From Lama guanicoe (lineage: Eukaryota), in NCBI GenBank assembly GCA_013239625.1, contig MU053556.1, positions 1-64,000 on the forward strand: 64,000 nucleotides of DNA, given 5' to 3'. Positions 36,826 through 50,100 of this stretch are shown piece by piece. Position numbers and translations under genes: made by a program. The notes below the pieces were generated by a model. That model saw nothing but the letters and a program-made list of their open reading frames with translations. It did not search any database and was not told the DNA's origin. Each line of letters opens with the position of its first letter. Position 1 is the stretch's first letter.

Positions 36826-38964
36826 CATTTTTGCAGCTGAGGGATTGAGAGATGGGCCAGCTTGTCCCAAATCACACGCAGCTGGCGGTGGCTAGCTCGG
36901 TGCTGGAATCCAGGCTGCACAGGATGCATTCTCAATTGCTCCTCTAATCAGCCCCCGTTGAGTGGTCTCCCGAACTCCTGTGTGCCCATAAATGACCGAG
37001 TTTAGTGATCTCAGCCTGATGAGGTCTTCAAAGGAGAGACACCAGTGAGAATGTGAGACAGAGTGGCATAAATTAAAATTGTACATTTTCACAAAAGTTT
37101 TATTCTCAGGTAATGACATAAAAGGTAATTTTTTTTATTTTAGTGCTTTTTAAGCACTAAAAACAAAACATTTAAAATAATTATTGTCCAAAAGAGAAGT
37201 GGGCTTTGAAAGTCCAACCGTTGCTAATGATGTTACTTGTTTTTCTCTAGTGGCGCTTATTGACTGAAAAATGTACAAAGACTGAATTGGTTTTATGTAG
37301 TCTTAGTATGGAAGAAAATATTGTCAGTGAGTATTGTAAGTAAAATCCTTACTCTTTTCTTTCCTGATGATGAATATGTTAGTTGTTTTCATGGCTTAAG
37401 CACATTTTGTCATTTGTGATATTTGAGTAATATCGTTTACCTTGTCTGACTGTGAGAGTTAGACGCCTTGTATACAAAGCACCGTAGAGCTGCTTAATAA
37501 AAATGTGCTGTCACAATGACTGATACTTTAGAAGGATCAACTCTGAATACTAAAAAGGGTAGCTTATTTCTGATGCATATTCAATATGTATATATATGAT
37601 ATATATGAATATGGTTTAAAGTAACAAGGATTCAGTTTTTTTTTTGTGCAGTATGAAGTTTTAATGAAATCTGTAACATTTTAGTGAGACAGGGACTAGT
37701 TAAATTTCCTTAAGCAGACGAACTTGAAGATTATTTACACAGAATGTGTATTGTTACAACTCAGAATACATGTTGCCGCCATCCACTCAGACTTTTAAAT
37801 TCGTGGGATTCTGACCAGAACCATTAAGTTTAGAAAAATCCACATTGATCATTTTCAGGGAATAAGCTTCTCTATTTTGTGATTAAAGTAAAGAAACATT
37901 TTTGCAGCTGAGGGATTGAGAGATGGGCCAGCTTGTCCCAAATCACACGCAGCTGGCGGTGGCTAGCTCGGTGCTGGAATCCAGGCTGCACAGGATGCAT
38001 TCTCAATTGCTCCTCTAATCAGCCCCCGTTGAGTGGTCTCCCGAACTCCTGTGTGCCCATAAATGACCGAGTTTAGTGATCTCAGCCTGATGAGGTCTTC
38101 AAAGGAGAGACACCAGTGAGAATGTGAGACAGAGTGGCATAAATTAAAATTGTACATTTTCACAAAAGTTTTATTCTCAGGTAATGACATAAAAGGTAAT
38201 TTTTTTTATTTTAGTGCTTTTTAAGCACTAAAAACAAAACATTTAAAATAATTATTGTCCAAAAGAGAAGTGGGCTTTGAAAGTCCAACCGTTGCTAATG
38301 ATGTTACTTGTTTTTCTCTAGTGGCGCTTATTGACTGAAAAATGTACAAAGACTGAATTGGTTTTATGTAGTCTTAGTATGGAAGAAAATATTGTCAGTG
38401 AGTATTGTAAGTAAAATCCTTACTCTTTTCTTTCCTGATGATGAATATGTTAGTTGTTTTCATGGCTTAAGCACATTTTGTCATTTGTGATATTTGAGTA
38501 ATATCGTTTACCTTGTCTGACTGTGAGAGTTAGACGCCTTGTATACAAAGCACCGTAGAGCTGCTTAATAAAAATGTGCTGTCACAATGACTGATACTTT
38601 AGAAGGATCAACTCTGAATACTAAAAAGGGTAGCTTATTTCTGATGCATATTCAATATGTATATATATGATATATATGAATATGGTTTAAAGTAACAAGG
38701 ATTCAGTTTTTTTTTTGTGCAGTATGAAGTTTTAATGAAATCTGTAACATTTTAGTGAGACAGGGACTAGTTAAATTTCCTTAAGCAGACGAACTTGAAG
38801 ATTATTTACACAGAATGTGTATTGTTACAACTCAGAATTCATGTTGCCGTGTAACCATCCACTCAGACTTTTAAATTCGTGGGATTCTGACCAGAACCAT
38901 TAAGTTTAGAAAAATCCACATTGATCATTTTCAGGGAATAAGCTTCTCTATTTTGTGATTAAAG
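36826..38964. repeat. Near-identical tandem duplication, period 1071 bp
   Basis: Copy 1 36826-37888, copy 2 37897-38964; identical ORFs at 36892 and 37963 in the ORF track; the only differences seen are near the 3' end (agaatacatgttgccgccatc vs agaattcatgttgccgtgtaaccatc). Confidence 0.95.
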
Positions 38965-39543
38965 AAAATTTTGATTTTTTTCTGCCCTCTTAACAGGTTT
39001 TAAAATATCAAAATTTTGATTTGGCATGTCACTTTTTTAATAGAGGGAATAAAGCTCATGCAGTTTTATTATGTAAATAAATGTTTTTGTATTTCATCAA
39101 ACTTGTATGATTTCCTGGCTCTTTGAGAAGTATTTTGCAAGATACTTAGATTACCTACTGTTGGAAAAATACAGACGTGACTTTTATGAATGTAGGCGTA
39201 GTACAGATCTGTTGGTTTTTGCTACAGTGCAAGACAAGAGACCTAGGAGAGCATTGCTGCGGATTGCCAGGAGGACAGATCCCAGGTCTCAGTCTCCCCT
39301 CCTGTAAAATGAAGTGGCTGGACTGTATTCTTCCCTCTTTTAAGATGAGTTTCCATGAGCCTATGTCTTCTGTTTATATTCAGGACTATTAGCAATATCA
39401 GATTAAATACTGAATACCCCTCCCTTCCCCCGAATCAAAGTGTAGTATGTGGTACGTAAGCTTTTAGTTACCTGATTCTCGTTTCTCATCCTTCAGGCAA
39501 TTTTTGTGTTGCATCTTTCCCGGCAACCTGGAAGGTCTTTTTA

Positions 39544-39559
39544 GCCATAGGTGGCGCTG
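39544..39559 (+). promoter_or_regulatory. Candidate CTCF motif
   Basis: gccataggtggcgctg resembles the CTCF core (AGGTGGCGC) in AT-rich context; motif match only. Confidence 0.35.
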
Positions 39560-41107
39560 TTGCACCTTCTTACAGTCTTAATTTTCCTTTTTGTAAAAGA
39601 CGGCTTAAACAACGTTGTTTTATTTTGATTTCTTTGCTTAATGCTTTAGAATAGCACAATGACCATTATGTCTGTCTACCTGGAAAAATTATTCTGTTTA
39701 TATCTTAGTTTTATTCTGTCATCTCGCTGTGAACATTTCAGACTTGCTGTGCAAACAATGGCAAAATCGGACTTTTCTTCCAGTATTAGAAACCAGTGAG
39801 CCGGGATTTTATAAAAGAGCTAGAAGTGGCCTCTGGAGCAACTTAAAGATAAAAAGTGTGTTGAGTTCCCTGAGTATAGACCCCGCCGCTGTCTGTTAAT
39901 TGGTGGGAGGTGATTTGGTACATATACGAAGGTGTGAAGTGTTTTGACTTGGTTTTGTGTGCACGTGCTGCCACTGAGCCACGTGAGCCTGAGTCAGTTC
40001 GTTCTGAGTTTTTCCCTCGTCTGTGAGATGGGGATGCTCAAATCTGCTTTGTAGAATTGTGAGAAATTGTAATTATGTAAAGTGTTTACCACAGTGGGTA
40101 TCTCAAGAGGGCTCATAAACTTTAGATGCTGTTTTGTGTGAAGCCATCATTTTATGGTCTTTGGCAAATACTGAGAAGCAGGAAAATAAGAAAAGCTGGT
40201 TTTATGATGAAAGATATTTGAGGAGGTTCCATAATTCCTATACCCACAATTTAGCATCAGCAGAGTCAAAACTGTTACACAGTCACCCTGAACCAATGTT
40301 AAGCCACAGAATTTTTTGTTACTTCATATATGTTGGGGCTTAAGGGGATCCAATACATATACACATGTTGTCTCTAGCAGCCAAATGAGAGATGACACAA
40401 AAGACTAGACAGGTGATAAATGTCTTCTTTGTTTCTGATGAAGCCACGTTTTCCATGAACTTCAGGGCTGTTGGTAAATGCGTGTCATGACACTGTGTCC
40501 GAGAAGTAGAGACTTACCCTGTCCCATGTATCTCTGGGCCACAGCGAGCCTTTCCTTGAGAGGATCTGACCCATCATGCACAGGGCTGTTCTGCCATGGA
40601 GCTGAGCAACCCGGTTGCTTCTCAATGTGGCCCACACAGGAGGGAAAGGAAGGGTTTCACATGCCCTGCTTGTCTCCCCGGAATCACAACTCACTCTGTT
40701 AGTGTGACGAGGGCTAGCTGTGGGCCAGGGGTCAGGGGTGTGAAGGGAGAAGCACTCTCCATGGCCCAGAGGAGTGGGGAGGAGGCATCCCTTCCTTCAG
40801 TTTAAACAGGTGGTGGGATGGAACAGAAGGGTCCACACCAAGAGTTTAAAAAAGGAGAAATAAGGATTTCTTGGGGACTTAGTCTAACCAGGAAACACAG
40901 AAGATGATTAGAAAGGAGACTTGTAAACCACTGTAATATTAAGTTGACATTTGTTGAGCACTAAAAATGTGCTGCATTCTAGGCCAAGGTCATTAGTAAG
41001 TGGCAGGGCTTGTATATTAACCCTGGCTGTCTGGTTTTGAGGCTCCCAGAATTTGCTTTGGGTGTTTAGATGTATCTGCATCCCTGGATTTCTGTACATC
41101 TCATCTG

Positions 41108-41835
41108 NNNNNNNNNNNNNNNNNNNNNNNNNNNNNNNNNNNNNNNNNNNNNNNNNNNNNNNNNNNNNNNNNNNNNNNNNNNNNNNNNNNNNNNNNNNNN
41201 NNNNNNNNNNNNNNNNNNNNNNNNNNNNNNNNNNNNNNNNNNNNNNNNNNNNNNNNNNNNNNNNNNNNNNNNNNNNNNNNNNNNNNNNNNNNNNNNNNNN
41301 NNNNNNNNNNNNNNNNNNNNNNNNNNNNNNNNNNNNNNNNNNNNNNNNNNNNNNNNNNNNNNNNNNNNNNNNNNNNNNNNNNNNNNNNNNNNNNNNNNNN
41401 NNNNNNNNNNNNNNNNNNNNNNNNNNNNNNNNNNNNNNNNNNNNNNNNNNNNNNNNNNNNNNNNNNNNNNNNNNNNNNNNNNNNNNNNNNNNNNNNNNNN
41501 NNNNNNNNNNNNNNNNNNNNNNNNNNNNNNNNNNNNNNNNNNNNNNNNNNNNNNNNNNNNNNNNNNNNNNNNNNNNNNNNNNNNNNNNNNNNNNNNNNNN
41601 NNNNNNNNNNNNNNNNNNNNNNNNNNNNNNNNNNNNNNNNNNNNNNNNNNNNNNNNNNNNNNNNNNNNNNNNNNNNNNNNNNNNNNNNNNNNNNNNNNNN
41701 NNNNNNNNNNNNNNNNNNNNNNNNNNNNNNNNNNNNNNNNNNNNNNNNNNNNNNNNNNNNNNNNNNNNNNNNNNNNNNNNNNNNNNNNNNNNNNNNNNNN
41801 NNNNNNNNNNNNNNNNNNNNNNNNNNNNNNNNNNN
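41108..41835. other. Assembly gap (N run)
   Basis: 728 N. Confidence 0.99.
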
Positions 41836-42463
41836 TTTAAAAAGCAGAAAGGAGTGATTTCAGGTGGTACATCCACACCGGTGAGAAATGATGGAGGACC
41901 GCCTGTGTGAGGCAAAGACAGTCTTACAAACTTCATAAAACAGCTTTAAAAGCTCTTCCATCTGAGTGCACTTCATATGGGGTCCAGTTTATCACTGGTT
42001 GCGCTGAGCGGGCAAGTAACTGATGATGACAGAAAGGACACGGAGGCATCAAAACGGTCTCAGTCATGTTCCCTGTTTAAAGGATGTGGCACAGTGTAAT
42101 ATATGTGAGCTGGTTTTTCACTGAAGAATTTTTAGTGTTTTCTGGGACTCCCCAGTGCCCCAAGGTTCCATGCAGCTGGGAGTCCCCTCTGTGCAGCTCT
42201 GTCAGCGCTTGCCCTCGGCTGACGTGTTGTCACGGGGAGCAGGACGGTCAGCGTCGCCGGCTCCTCCGAGCTCCGTCTCCTCATCCGCAGGGCCGGGTTT
42301 CTCATCCGTTTCTACTTAGTAGGGTTGCTGAGAATCACACGTGATGGTTATCAGGTGTGATTTCTGGTTGTCTCTGTGATTGGCATATATTCAATATTTG
42401 ATAGAAACACTTGTTTTTTTATTGTAATTGTGGCTCCTAGATTGCAGTGGTTTTTAGTCTGCA

Positions 42464-42594
42464 TTTTTTTATAAATTTACTCATTTTTAAATATGCATTT
42501 ATTTTTATTTATTTTTTTGGTGGTACTGCGGACTGAAGCCAGGACATTGTGCATGCTAACCAGGTGGTCTACAAGTGAGTAACACCCATCCTCC
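42464..42594 (-). mobile_element. tRNA-derived SINE (Vic-1-like), degraded
   Basis: ggtactgcggactgaagccaggacattgtgcatgctaaccagg...; flanked by repeat gtctgca (TSD-like). Confidence 0.7.
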
Positions 42595-43460
42595 TTGTCT
42601 GCACTTAAAAATAAATATTGCAATACACAAAAGAGCTCTTAAACACCATCATGGGACCTAGTCTCTGTATACGCAATTGAACACGTATACTATTTCAATA
42701 AGAATAAATGTTGTTGGGACATACCTTTCTGAATCTGTTAATGTGCTTAAAAACGATCATAGCTATCGATAAGCCCGAGACTTGGATCCAGTATTTCTTA
42801 GGGTCTGTTTTGCCATCATGGGAAATTACATTCTACAGAAAAGGCTAATTGGGACTCTTTGATATTTGGATGGTTTAGCAGATGAACAAGGCTTTCAAAA
42901 GCTGACAGTTTTGTATTTTAAACTAACTACAAAGTTATTTTCTAGAAGTTGGAAGTCCTAAGCTTGTGAAGTGCCCAATAATCCAGGGGGAATATGTCTG
43001 TGTCTGTGTGAACGATTGTGTGTGTGATTTCAGGAAGGAAGAAAGGAGTTCCATATAGACTTCTGATATATTTCTCCTGTTGTTTAAGCTGTAGGCATAT
43101 ATGTACACAAATAAATTAATATTCTTTTGTCATTTGGCATATGGGTGGAAATAAGTCGTTCTCATACTTGTTTCAGAAGGGTTGGGAAGCATGAACTTAG
43201 AAAATGGTAGGAGAAAGAGGCAAAGAGACACTTCACACTATATGCAGGATATGAGAAACAGTAGCTTTTCTTTTCTCTTTTCTTCTAAAGCAAACTGGCA
43301 CTGAATTGTAACATACTATTACTCAGAATTGCTTTTCTAATCAGATACAAGTGCCTCAGGTTTTTCAAGGCAACATGAATGATGAAATGTGTTTTAGCAT
43401 TTATCTTTAAAAGTAGTTTTATTTTTCAAGTAAAAGGCTATAGCCTGTTTTTTCTTCCAG

Positions 43461-43487
43461 CGGTACATGAAGTGCTCATTGATCCAG
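43461..43487 (+). pseudogene. TRAPPC9: TRAPPC9 exon 5 remnant (27-nt microexon)
   Basis: ttttcttccag|cggtacatgaagtgctcattgatccag|gt = VHEVLIDP, versus recalled AQEVLIDPG; exactly 27 nt with AG/GT intact. Confidence 0.85.
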
Positions 43488-46129
43488 GTTCATGATCTAT
43501 GTGCTTAGTTTCTTTGGGTTTTTTGGGTTTTTTTTAAGTTCTTGTTTCATTGTGGTGTGAATGAATGTTTAAAATTTCTGGATTTTGATCTTTAGAACAT
43601 GCTGATTTATCAGAACTCTTAAAAACCTGATTGTTCTTTGGTCCTTGTTTGGTGGGGCACCCTATTGATTACTGTTGTCTGTTAAAGAGAGAAATTCTTC
43701 CTCTAGCCTGCAGATCATTAAGTGAATGGTTTGCAGTGTGCCTTTAAATTTCATTGAATGCATTGAACATGATTGTCCAGTGAATTTTGGATTGACTTAT
43801 AGTAATGATTTTGCTTTGGTTCTGTGGCTTTTGCTCCTCTCCATAAGAGTTTGAATTCTCTGTTGCACTTTGTATACGTGTTCTTCACAGGGGAAGAAAT
43901 TTTGCATTTTTTACAAGGTGGGCTTTCCTAAACCCTCTGAATGCCTTCTGTAATTGATACAACAATATCTGTTATTGCAGTGCTTAATTATTTCATAAAC
44001 TAGTTTTTGGCTTAATCAGAAACAATGACAGAGTGATAATAAAAAATAGGAGAGCCTTTCTTCCTTTGAAGAATAGAAATCAGGTGGTCAGGCTCACCCA
44101 TGCTTTGGGCCTGACACACTTAATCTCATGTCATTGTGTATCATGATTCGGAGATGGAGTTGTTTCAGGTTTATAGATTTTTGTTTTAACATTTGTGTTG
44201 AATTCTTTCTCCAGGCTGATGTAATCTGTTGGGTTTGTTGAAAGTGTAGAAGGGAAACAAATGCTATTTTTTGTTTTCAGGAGGCCTGAGTTGCTGATGA
44301 TAAAGAGTTGAGTGTGGGCTGAGGAACAAAGTGACACTCCCTCTACTCCCAGCTGAAATTGATGAACAGTTAAACCAATTAAGTGTATCGGTATTTGACC
44401 AATAAAAGTTAGTAAGACCAAACTGTCTAGTTATGCCCAAAGAAAGTACTGAATTCACCTGCAGAATTAGGTGCTTTACCAAGAAGAAGCAGCTTAGATC
44501 AATCAGAAAAATCAGTCTTATGATGAGATATAAAATGAATATAATATCTTTTATTTCTGAAACTTTTCTACGTTAAGTTGTGTAGAGCTAAAATTAAGTT
44601 TCAAGCACCAGGAGTTAAAAGTGTGGGTGGTTCTGTAGGATCTTTATTCAGGGATGTGCCTAGACCCTGCTAGAGTGGCTGAAGCTGGCAGGAAAAGGCC
44701 CAGAGCCAGGATTTATCACCCTAGGGTGTCCTCCATATTGGTTCCATGTGGGAGCCCATGATTGGGTTAACAAATTTTAGCAGACCCCGGCCGCCTGTCA
44801 ACTTTAAGAATAAAAAAATATACTTAGTAACTGCTTTGCAAGCAGGGGCCTGTGCATCCTCACTCCTGTCTCCTTGCATTAAAAAGCAGAGACAATGCTT
44901 CACTTGCGTATTTGGGGTTTTAGATAGCACTCTGCTCATTGAAAAGCAATGACCCAGAACCTCAGGTATAAACGCTGGGCTTGTGTGCAGTTAGATAGTC
45001 TATTATCCCCAAAAGAAGGACCTAGCTGGTCTGGTGGTCTGCTATGTAATTCACGGATGTAAAGAATGTATCTTATTCCCCTCACTCCATGACTTCCCTA
45101 AAGATACACTAAGCCTTTGTACTCATGGTGGATTCTACAATCTCTGTCTCATCTCTTCTTTCCCCAAGTTCCTGCTTAGTATCACACAACTGTTAAGGAC
45201 TTTTTCCTTTGATTATACACAATAAATATGGGAGCATTTCAGAGGCACGTGGAGTTGGCTCCCTACTCCCTCTCGCTTTCTTGACTTTTTCCACAGAGTC
45301 TTGAGTAATCATTCCCTGTAGGTAAGACTTCTGCCAGCCAGAACCCACAGTCCCAGGTGAGAAGGATGCAGGCTTTATCTCTCCTACCCATGGGAGAGAG
45401 AGTAGAGAATTGAGATCTGCTCCTCCATGGTCCCTTCCTGCCCCAGGGCCACTCCAGTTCACCTGCAGGTTTCTGGCTTCTGCTCACAGGGTCTCTGTCC
45501 CAGGACTGACCGCAGCCTTTTCTTCCCTTGTCAACATTTCCTGTGCCTTTTAGAAGTTGGTCTCTTCTCTGCAATACAACCCTGGCAAATATGATGTTGG
45601 TAAGCGTGCTGGTGGGCAGTCACTTGGGGACTGCCAGGAGACATGCTGATTCTCCTGAGTCTCTCATTCGGGGTTACAGAACTGTCGAGCACCGGAGGAA
45701 GCCCATTCACGTGAGGCCAGCACAGCATTGCATCACTTTCATTTTATTTTTGAATATTCATTGGAGAAATTATTTGTAGCTAACTGTTCCAGAATTTCGG
45801 CCGCCTGCTTTCCTCACCACCATTTCCTTGTTGGCTCTGGTGCTTGTTTTAAGAACCAGGTTTCTTCTCTGGTCATTTCTAGCAGCTGGGCTTGATAAAT
45901 CTTTGATCTTCATTTGAAGCAGAATGCTTCTTCGTGATGTCAAGCTGATTTTCCTATTTTTGAATATTTCGTGTACACTCAGTAACTGTTTCAAGTGAAA
46001 TGCTCTTGTCCAATTTCAGTTAACCCACCTTTGCTGACCTCCTGCTTTCATGCTGAGGGCAGTTTCTTCTTCCTGTAATAAAATTTAGTAATTTGCATTT
46101 ACGATGGGAAGGTACTGGCCCTAGGTGCT

Positions 46130-47165
46130 TTTGTCCTTAACAGTTTTAATACAGTTCACCAATTAAAATGTACAGCGGTTTTTACTCTATGCCTAGAATT
46201 GTGCATTGCGGTCAATCTTAGAACATTTTCATCCCCCAACAGGAAGCCCCGTATGCACAAGCAGTCATTCCCGTCTTCCCCATTCTCCCCCAGCCCCAGG
46301 CAGACACTATTCTCTCCCTATGGATGTGCCTGTGCTGGACATTTCATGAAAAACGAGTCATTTCATGTAAATGGAACCGATTATTGTGACTGACTTCTTC
46401 CACACTGAGTAACGTTTTCAATGTTTGTCCACGTTGTGGCCTGGGTCAGTACTCTATGCTTTGCTATTGCTGAATACTATTCCACTGTATGGCTGGGCCC
46501 CACTGTTTACCCATTCATCAGGTGATAGGCATTTGTGTTGTTTCTGCTATTTGGCTGTGATGAGTAATGGTGCCGTGAATATTCCTGTAGGAGTTTTTAT
46601 GTGGACATTTGTTTTCAGTTCTCTTCCGTGTGTGACCAGACAGCAGAAATGTTGGGTCATTCGTAAACCAAATGTTCAATTCTCTGAGGTCCTGCCAGGC
46701 TGTTTTCCAAAGTGGCCACGAAGCGTTAAATCCTCACCAGTAAGGGCTGTGATCTCCACTTCCTCTGTGTCCTCATTAGTGCTTGTTACTCTGTTTTTTA
46801 TTATAACCTATTGTAGTGAGTGTGAAAAGGTTTCTCCTAGTGGTTTTGACTTTATTTCCTTTAAAGCTAAAGATATTGAACATCGTTTGATTGTGCTTAT
46901 TGGCCATTTGTATATTTTCTTTGAAAAATACATTTTCAGATCATTTATTCACTTTTTAATTGAGTTCCTTTTTATTGTTGAATTGTAGGACTTTTTTTTT
47001 TATTTGAAGATACAAATTCCTAATCAGATAAATGATTTGAAAAAATTTTCTCTTGTCTGTTGTTTTTTCACTTTCTAGATGGTTTCCTTTGAAGCAAAGT
47101 TTTACATTTGGTTTAACTCCAATTAATCGCTGTTTCCTTTGTTCCTTGTGCTTTTGTGGTAATAT
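46130..47165 (-). mobile_element. L1MB-like 3'-end fragment
   Basis: tagaacattttcatccccc...tttacccattcatcaggtgataggcattt...tgcttattggccatttgtatattttctttg, antisense L1 signature. Confidence 0.8.
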
Positions 47166-50100
47166 TTAAAATCTGAGGTATTTTATTTAAACTTTTATAT
47201 ATAAAATAACTTAATTCTTAGGACCGTTCGAGGAGACGGGTGCTGTGGTAGTCCCCAGTCTATGGATAGGAGACTGAGGTGCAGAAAATTTCACTGACAT
47301 ATCAGTGTCACAGCTACCCAGTGCTGTGGGAGTTCAGACCCTCATGTTTGTCCCCAGCATCTGTGCTCATCCCCACCATGCTCCACTCCTTCCTGGAATC
47401 GTTAATGAATAAGTCTTTCCTTTTTTGATTTCTTGTTTGTTTTCTCATTGGGGACCTCATCTCCTCATTTTCCTTGCAGAGATCAGTGTAGGTTTATTTT
47501 AGGTCTAATGTAGGCAGAAGCATTGCTATCAGTTAACTTCTTTATTACTCACCCTCGAGTGATGATTGTTGCTAGTTGACCTAATCAATTCATGCTGAAG
47601 TCTTTCCTGCTCATGACACTAAAAACAGAGTCATGACATACAGAATGCTCAAGGAAGAAAGTACTTGAGTGATTTTATTTTTCTAACCAACCAAACCAAT
47701 CAAATAAAAACCCCGGTGTTGGCACAGATTATAAGCCCTCCAGAATAGGGTCATTGTCTTCCTTGTGTTTCATTTGTTTGGTCACAGTGTCTGGATAGTG
47801 CCTTGCTGTCCAGCAGTTTTGTTAGGATACGGTGCTCGTGAATCATTGTAAGGACAGCATTTTGACAACAGACTGTGTTGTTTATTTCACGAGGGAGAAG
47901 ATCATATAGAAATACTGCTCAGATCTATTTTAAAATTAAGCTTGGAAGTTTGAGAAGAGTTCAAGGAACCATACAAAGCTCTTTTTCACTAATTTTAGAT
48001 CTATCTTAGACACATTATGTTTACATAGCAGAGTAACTTATCCACTAGATTTGAGAAGAGGTGTGTATTATTGATTATTTGTTTTAGTTGAAATATTCTA
48101 CCTGGGATAAAGTAATCAGTGCCCATAAATGAACAAGTATGTTTGTATTTCTATGCAACATGGGAGCAGACTTCATATGTTTCTATATAATATATATGAC
48201 TGTGTGTTTTAATCTGTCTGTCAGTGTTTTTTTATAGTTTTTCAGCAATGTTGTAACTTTAGAATTCTAAGAAAATCACCCCCGATTCTAGTACAGTTTG
48301 TACTGTGTATCCTGTCTTATGCATGGGATTCCACTGTCCCCTCAATGAGGAATTTCCTCTCCTATTGAGTTAGTAGCAGAGTTACAGGAACTGTGACTTC
48401 TAGGCCTTAGCTCTCCATGTGTTTGCAGTTGGCTGTCAACCACGATTTTCCCTTTCTTGAGTTTTCATTGTTCAATAAGAATTTTTGAAAATAACTATTA
48501 ATATGTTGCATTGGTCTCCCTAGAAACTTGATGTGTTTGTACTTTTCAGTTTTCAATTTATGAAAAATGTAAATGCACTCTTGTTTTTAAGTAGTCCTTT
48601 TTTACTAGATATTTGTTTAACTCTTTATGGTTAAAATATTTTTTCCAAATGAATGAATCGGTGTGCATGTTTTCAAAGATACCTTACTTTTTATTTTTCT
48701 TATTGTAACAGTTATAGTCATTGTGGAGAATTTAGAAAATAAGCATAAACACAATAATAACTTAAAAATGGCCTCTAACCTCACCTGGAGATACAGTTGT
48801 AAGGTTTGAAATTGAGAATTACAAGTCCTCTCATCTTGTTCTTCTTTTTCAAGTACATTTTGGTTACTGAGACTGTCGAATTCCCATATGAATTTTAGCA
48901 GCAGCTAGGCAGTTTCTGCAGTGGAGCCCGCTGGGATTGTGATCGAGACCACGTTGTATGTATGGATCGCTCTGGGGAGCACTGCCATTCCAAGAGATCT
49001 GTCTTCTGATCCAGGAATGTGCGTGGTGTGTCTCTCCAGGTATTTAGGACTTCTTTAATTTTTTTCATCAGTGCTTTGAGTTTACAGGGCATTATTTTAC
49101 TTTATTTTCTTTGCCTTTATACTGAGGACAAGTGTGCAAGGTACCGGGATCAGAAGTGTATTTGAGCCCCGCCACTTGCTGCCACCATGGACGCTGCAAT
49201 CTTGCTTTGCCCTCTGTACAATCTTGCACAAAATAGGACCCCAGTAACTCTCTCTTGAATGAATGATAATATGATTGTTGAATGACGCTTGAGGGTCCTT
49301 GTGATGATGTCTTTTTCCCAGCCTTTCCCCTCTTCTTAACTATGCCCTTTCTCTCCCTTTCCTCCAGCCTGGTTTTCAGCCTGCCTGTGGCATTGATTTT
49401 CCCTGTCTGTAGACTCTTCCTTTCACTGGTTCACGATAATGTTACATATGGGCTGTGGAAACTTGCTAGATGTCAAGAAAGAGCAAATCCATTGCATGCT
49501 AGTATTTTTAGAGTGTGTTATTCTTTTATCGATTGAAATTAAATCAGGCTGACCCCCTGAGCCCTCCCATGAGCTCTTTCTGCCTTCCTACTTGTGATAC
49601 TGCTCTTGTTGCTGCATGTGCCCTGCCCCCAGCCTTGGTTTTGTAGTAGAGAAAGTCACCCTCAGTGGAGCCCTGTCTTTAAAAGATGAAGAGAACATTT
49701 GCTCCTTCTCCCTCGTTGGGGACTTGGATGAGATGAGGTACCAGATAAAGAATGGAGCCCCTCCTCATTCTGAACCCTGCTCTTTCCGTTCCTTTCTCCA
49801 GGGGAAAAGAGTACAATTGAACGGTATAAAGATTGATTGTGAGCTAATGAGATAGACAAGACAAGACAACATTAATTAAATATCCTTTCATGCCGGAAAC
49901 AAATGAATTATACACACAAAAAGCACATAAATCACGGTAGTACTGTGGTTACAAACATGTGTCCGAGTTCGAGTCCTGCTCTGGAGTGACCAGTCCTGTG
50001 AGATGGAGAACTGGTAGGTCGGCTTAGCCTCTCCCGGACTTGTTTTCTGTCCTGCAGAGACGGGGCTCGCTAGGCGTCCCTCCCCCGTAGAGGTGCTGAG

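Noticed and set aside
37367..37449. Possible C/D-box snoRNA (ATGATGA ... CTGA)
   Set aside because: No terminal stem and no recognisable guide; the motifs are common by chance in AT-rich DNA
40908..41936. ORFs of 256-342 aa (and similar ones at 2882-3189 and 15635-15859)
   Set aside because: They run through N gaps; artefacts
46425..46988. 187-aa ORF (and 14328-14855, 18208-18627)
   Set aside because: They lie in antisense L1 or MaLR sequence; not genes
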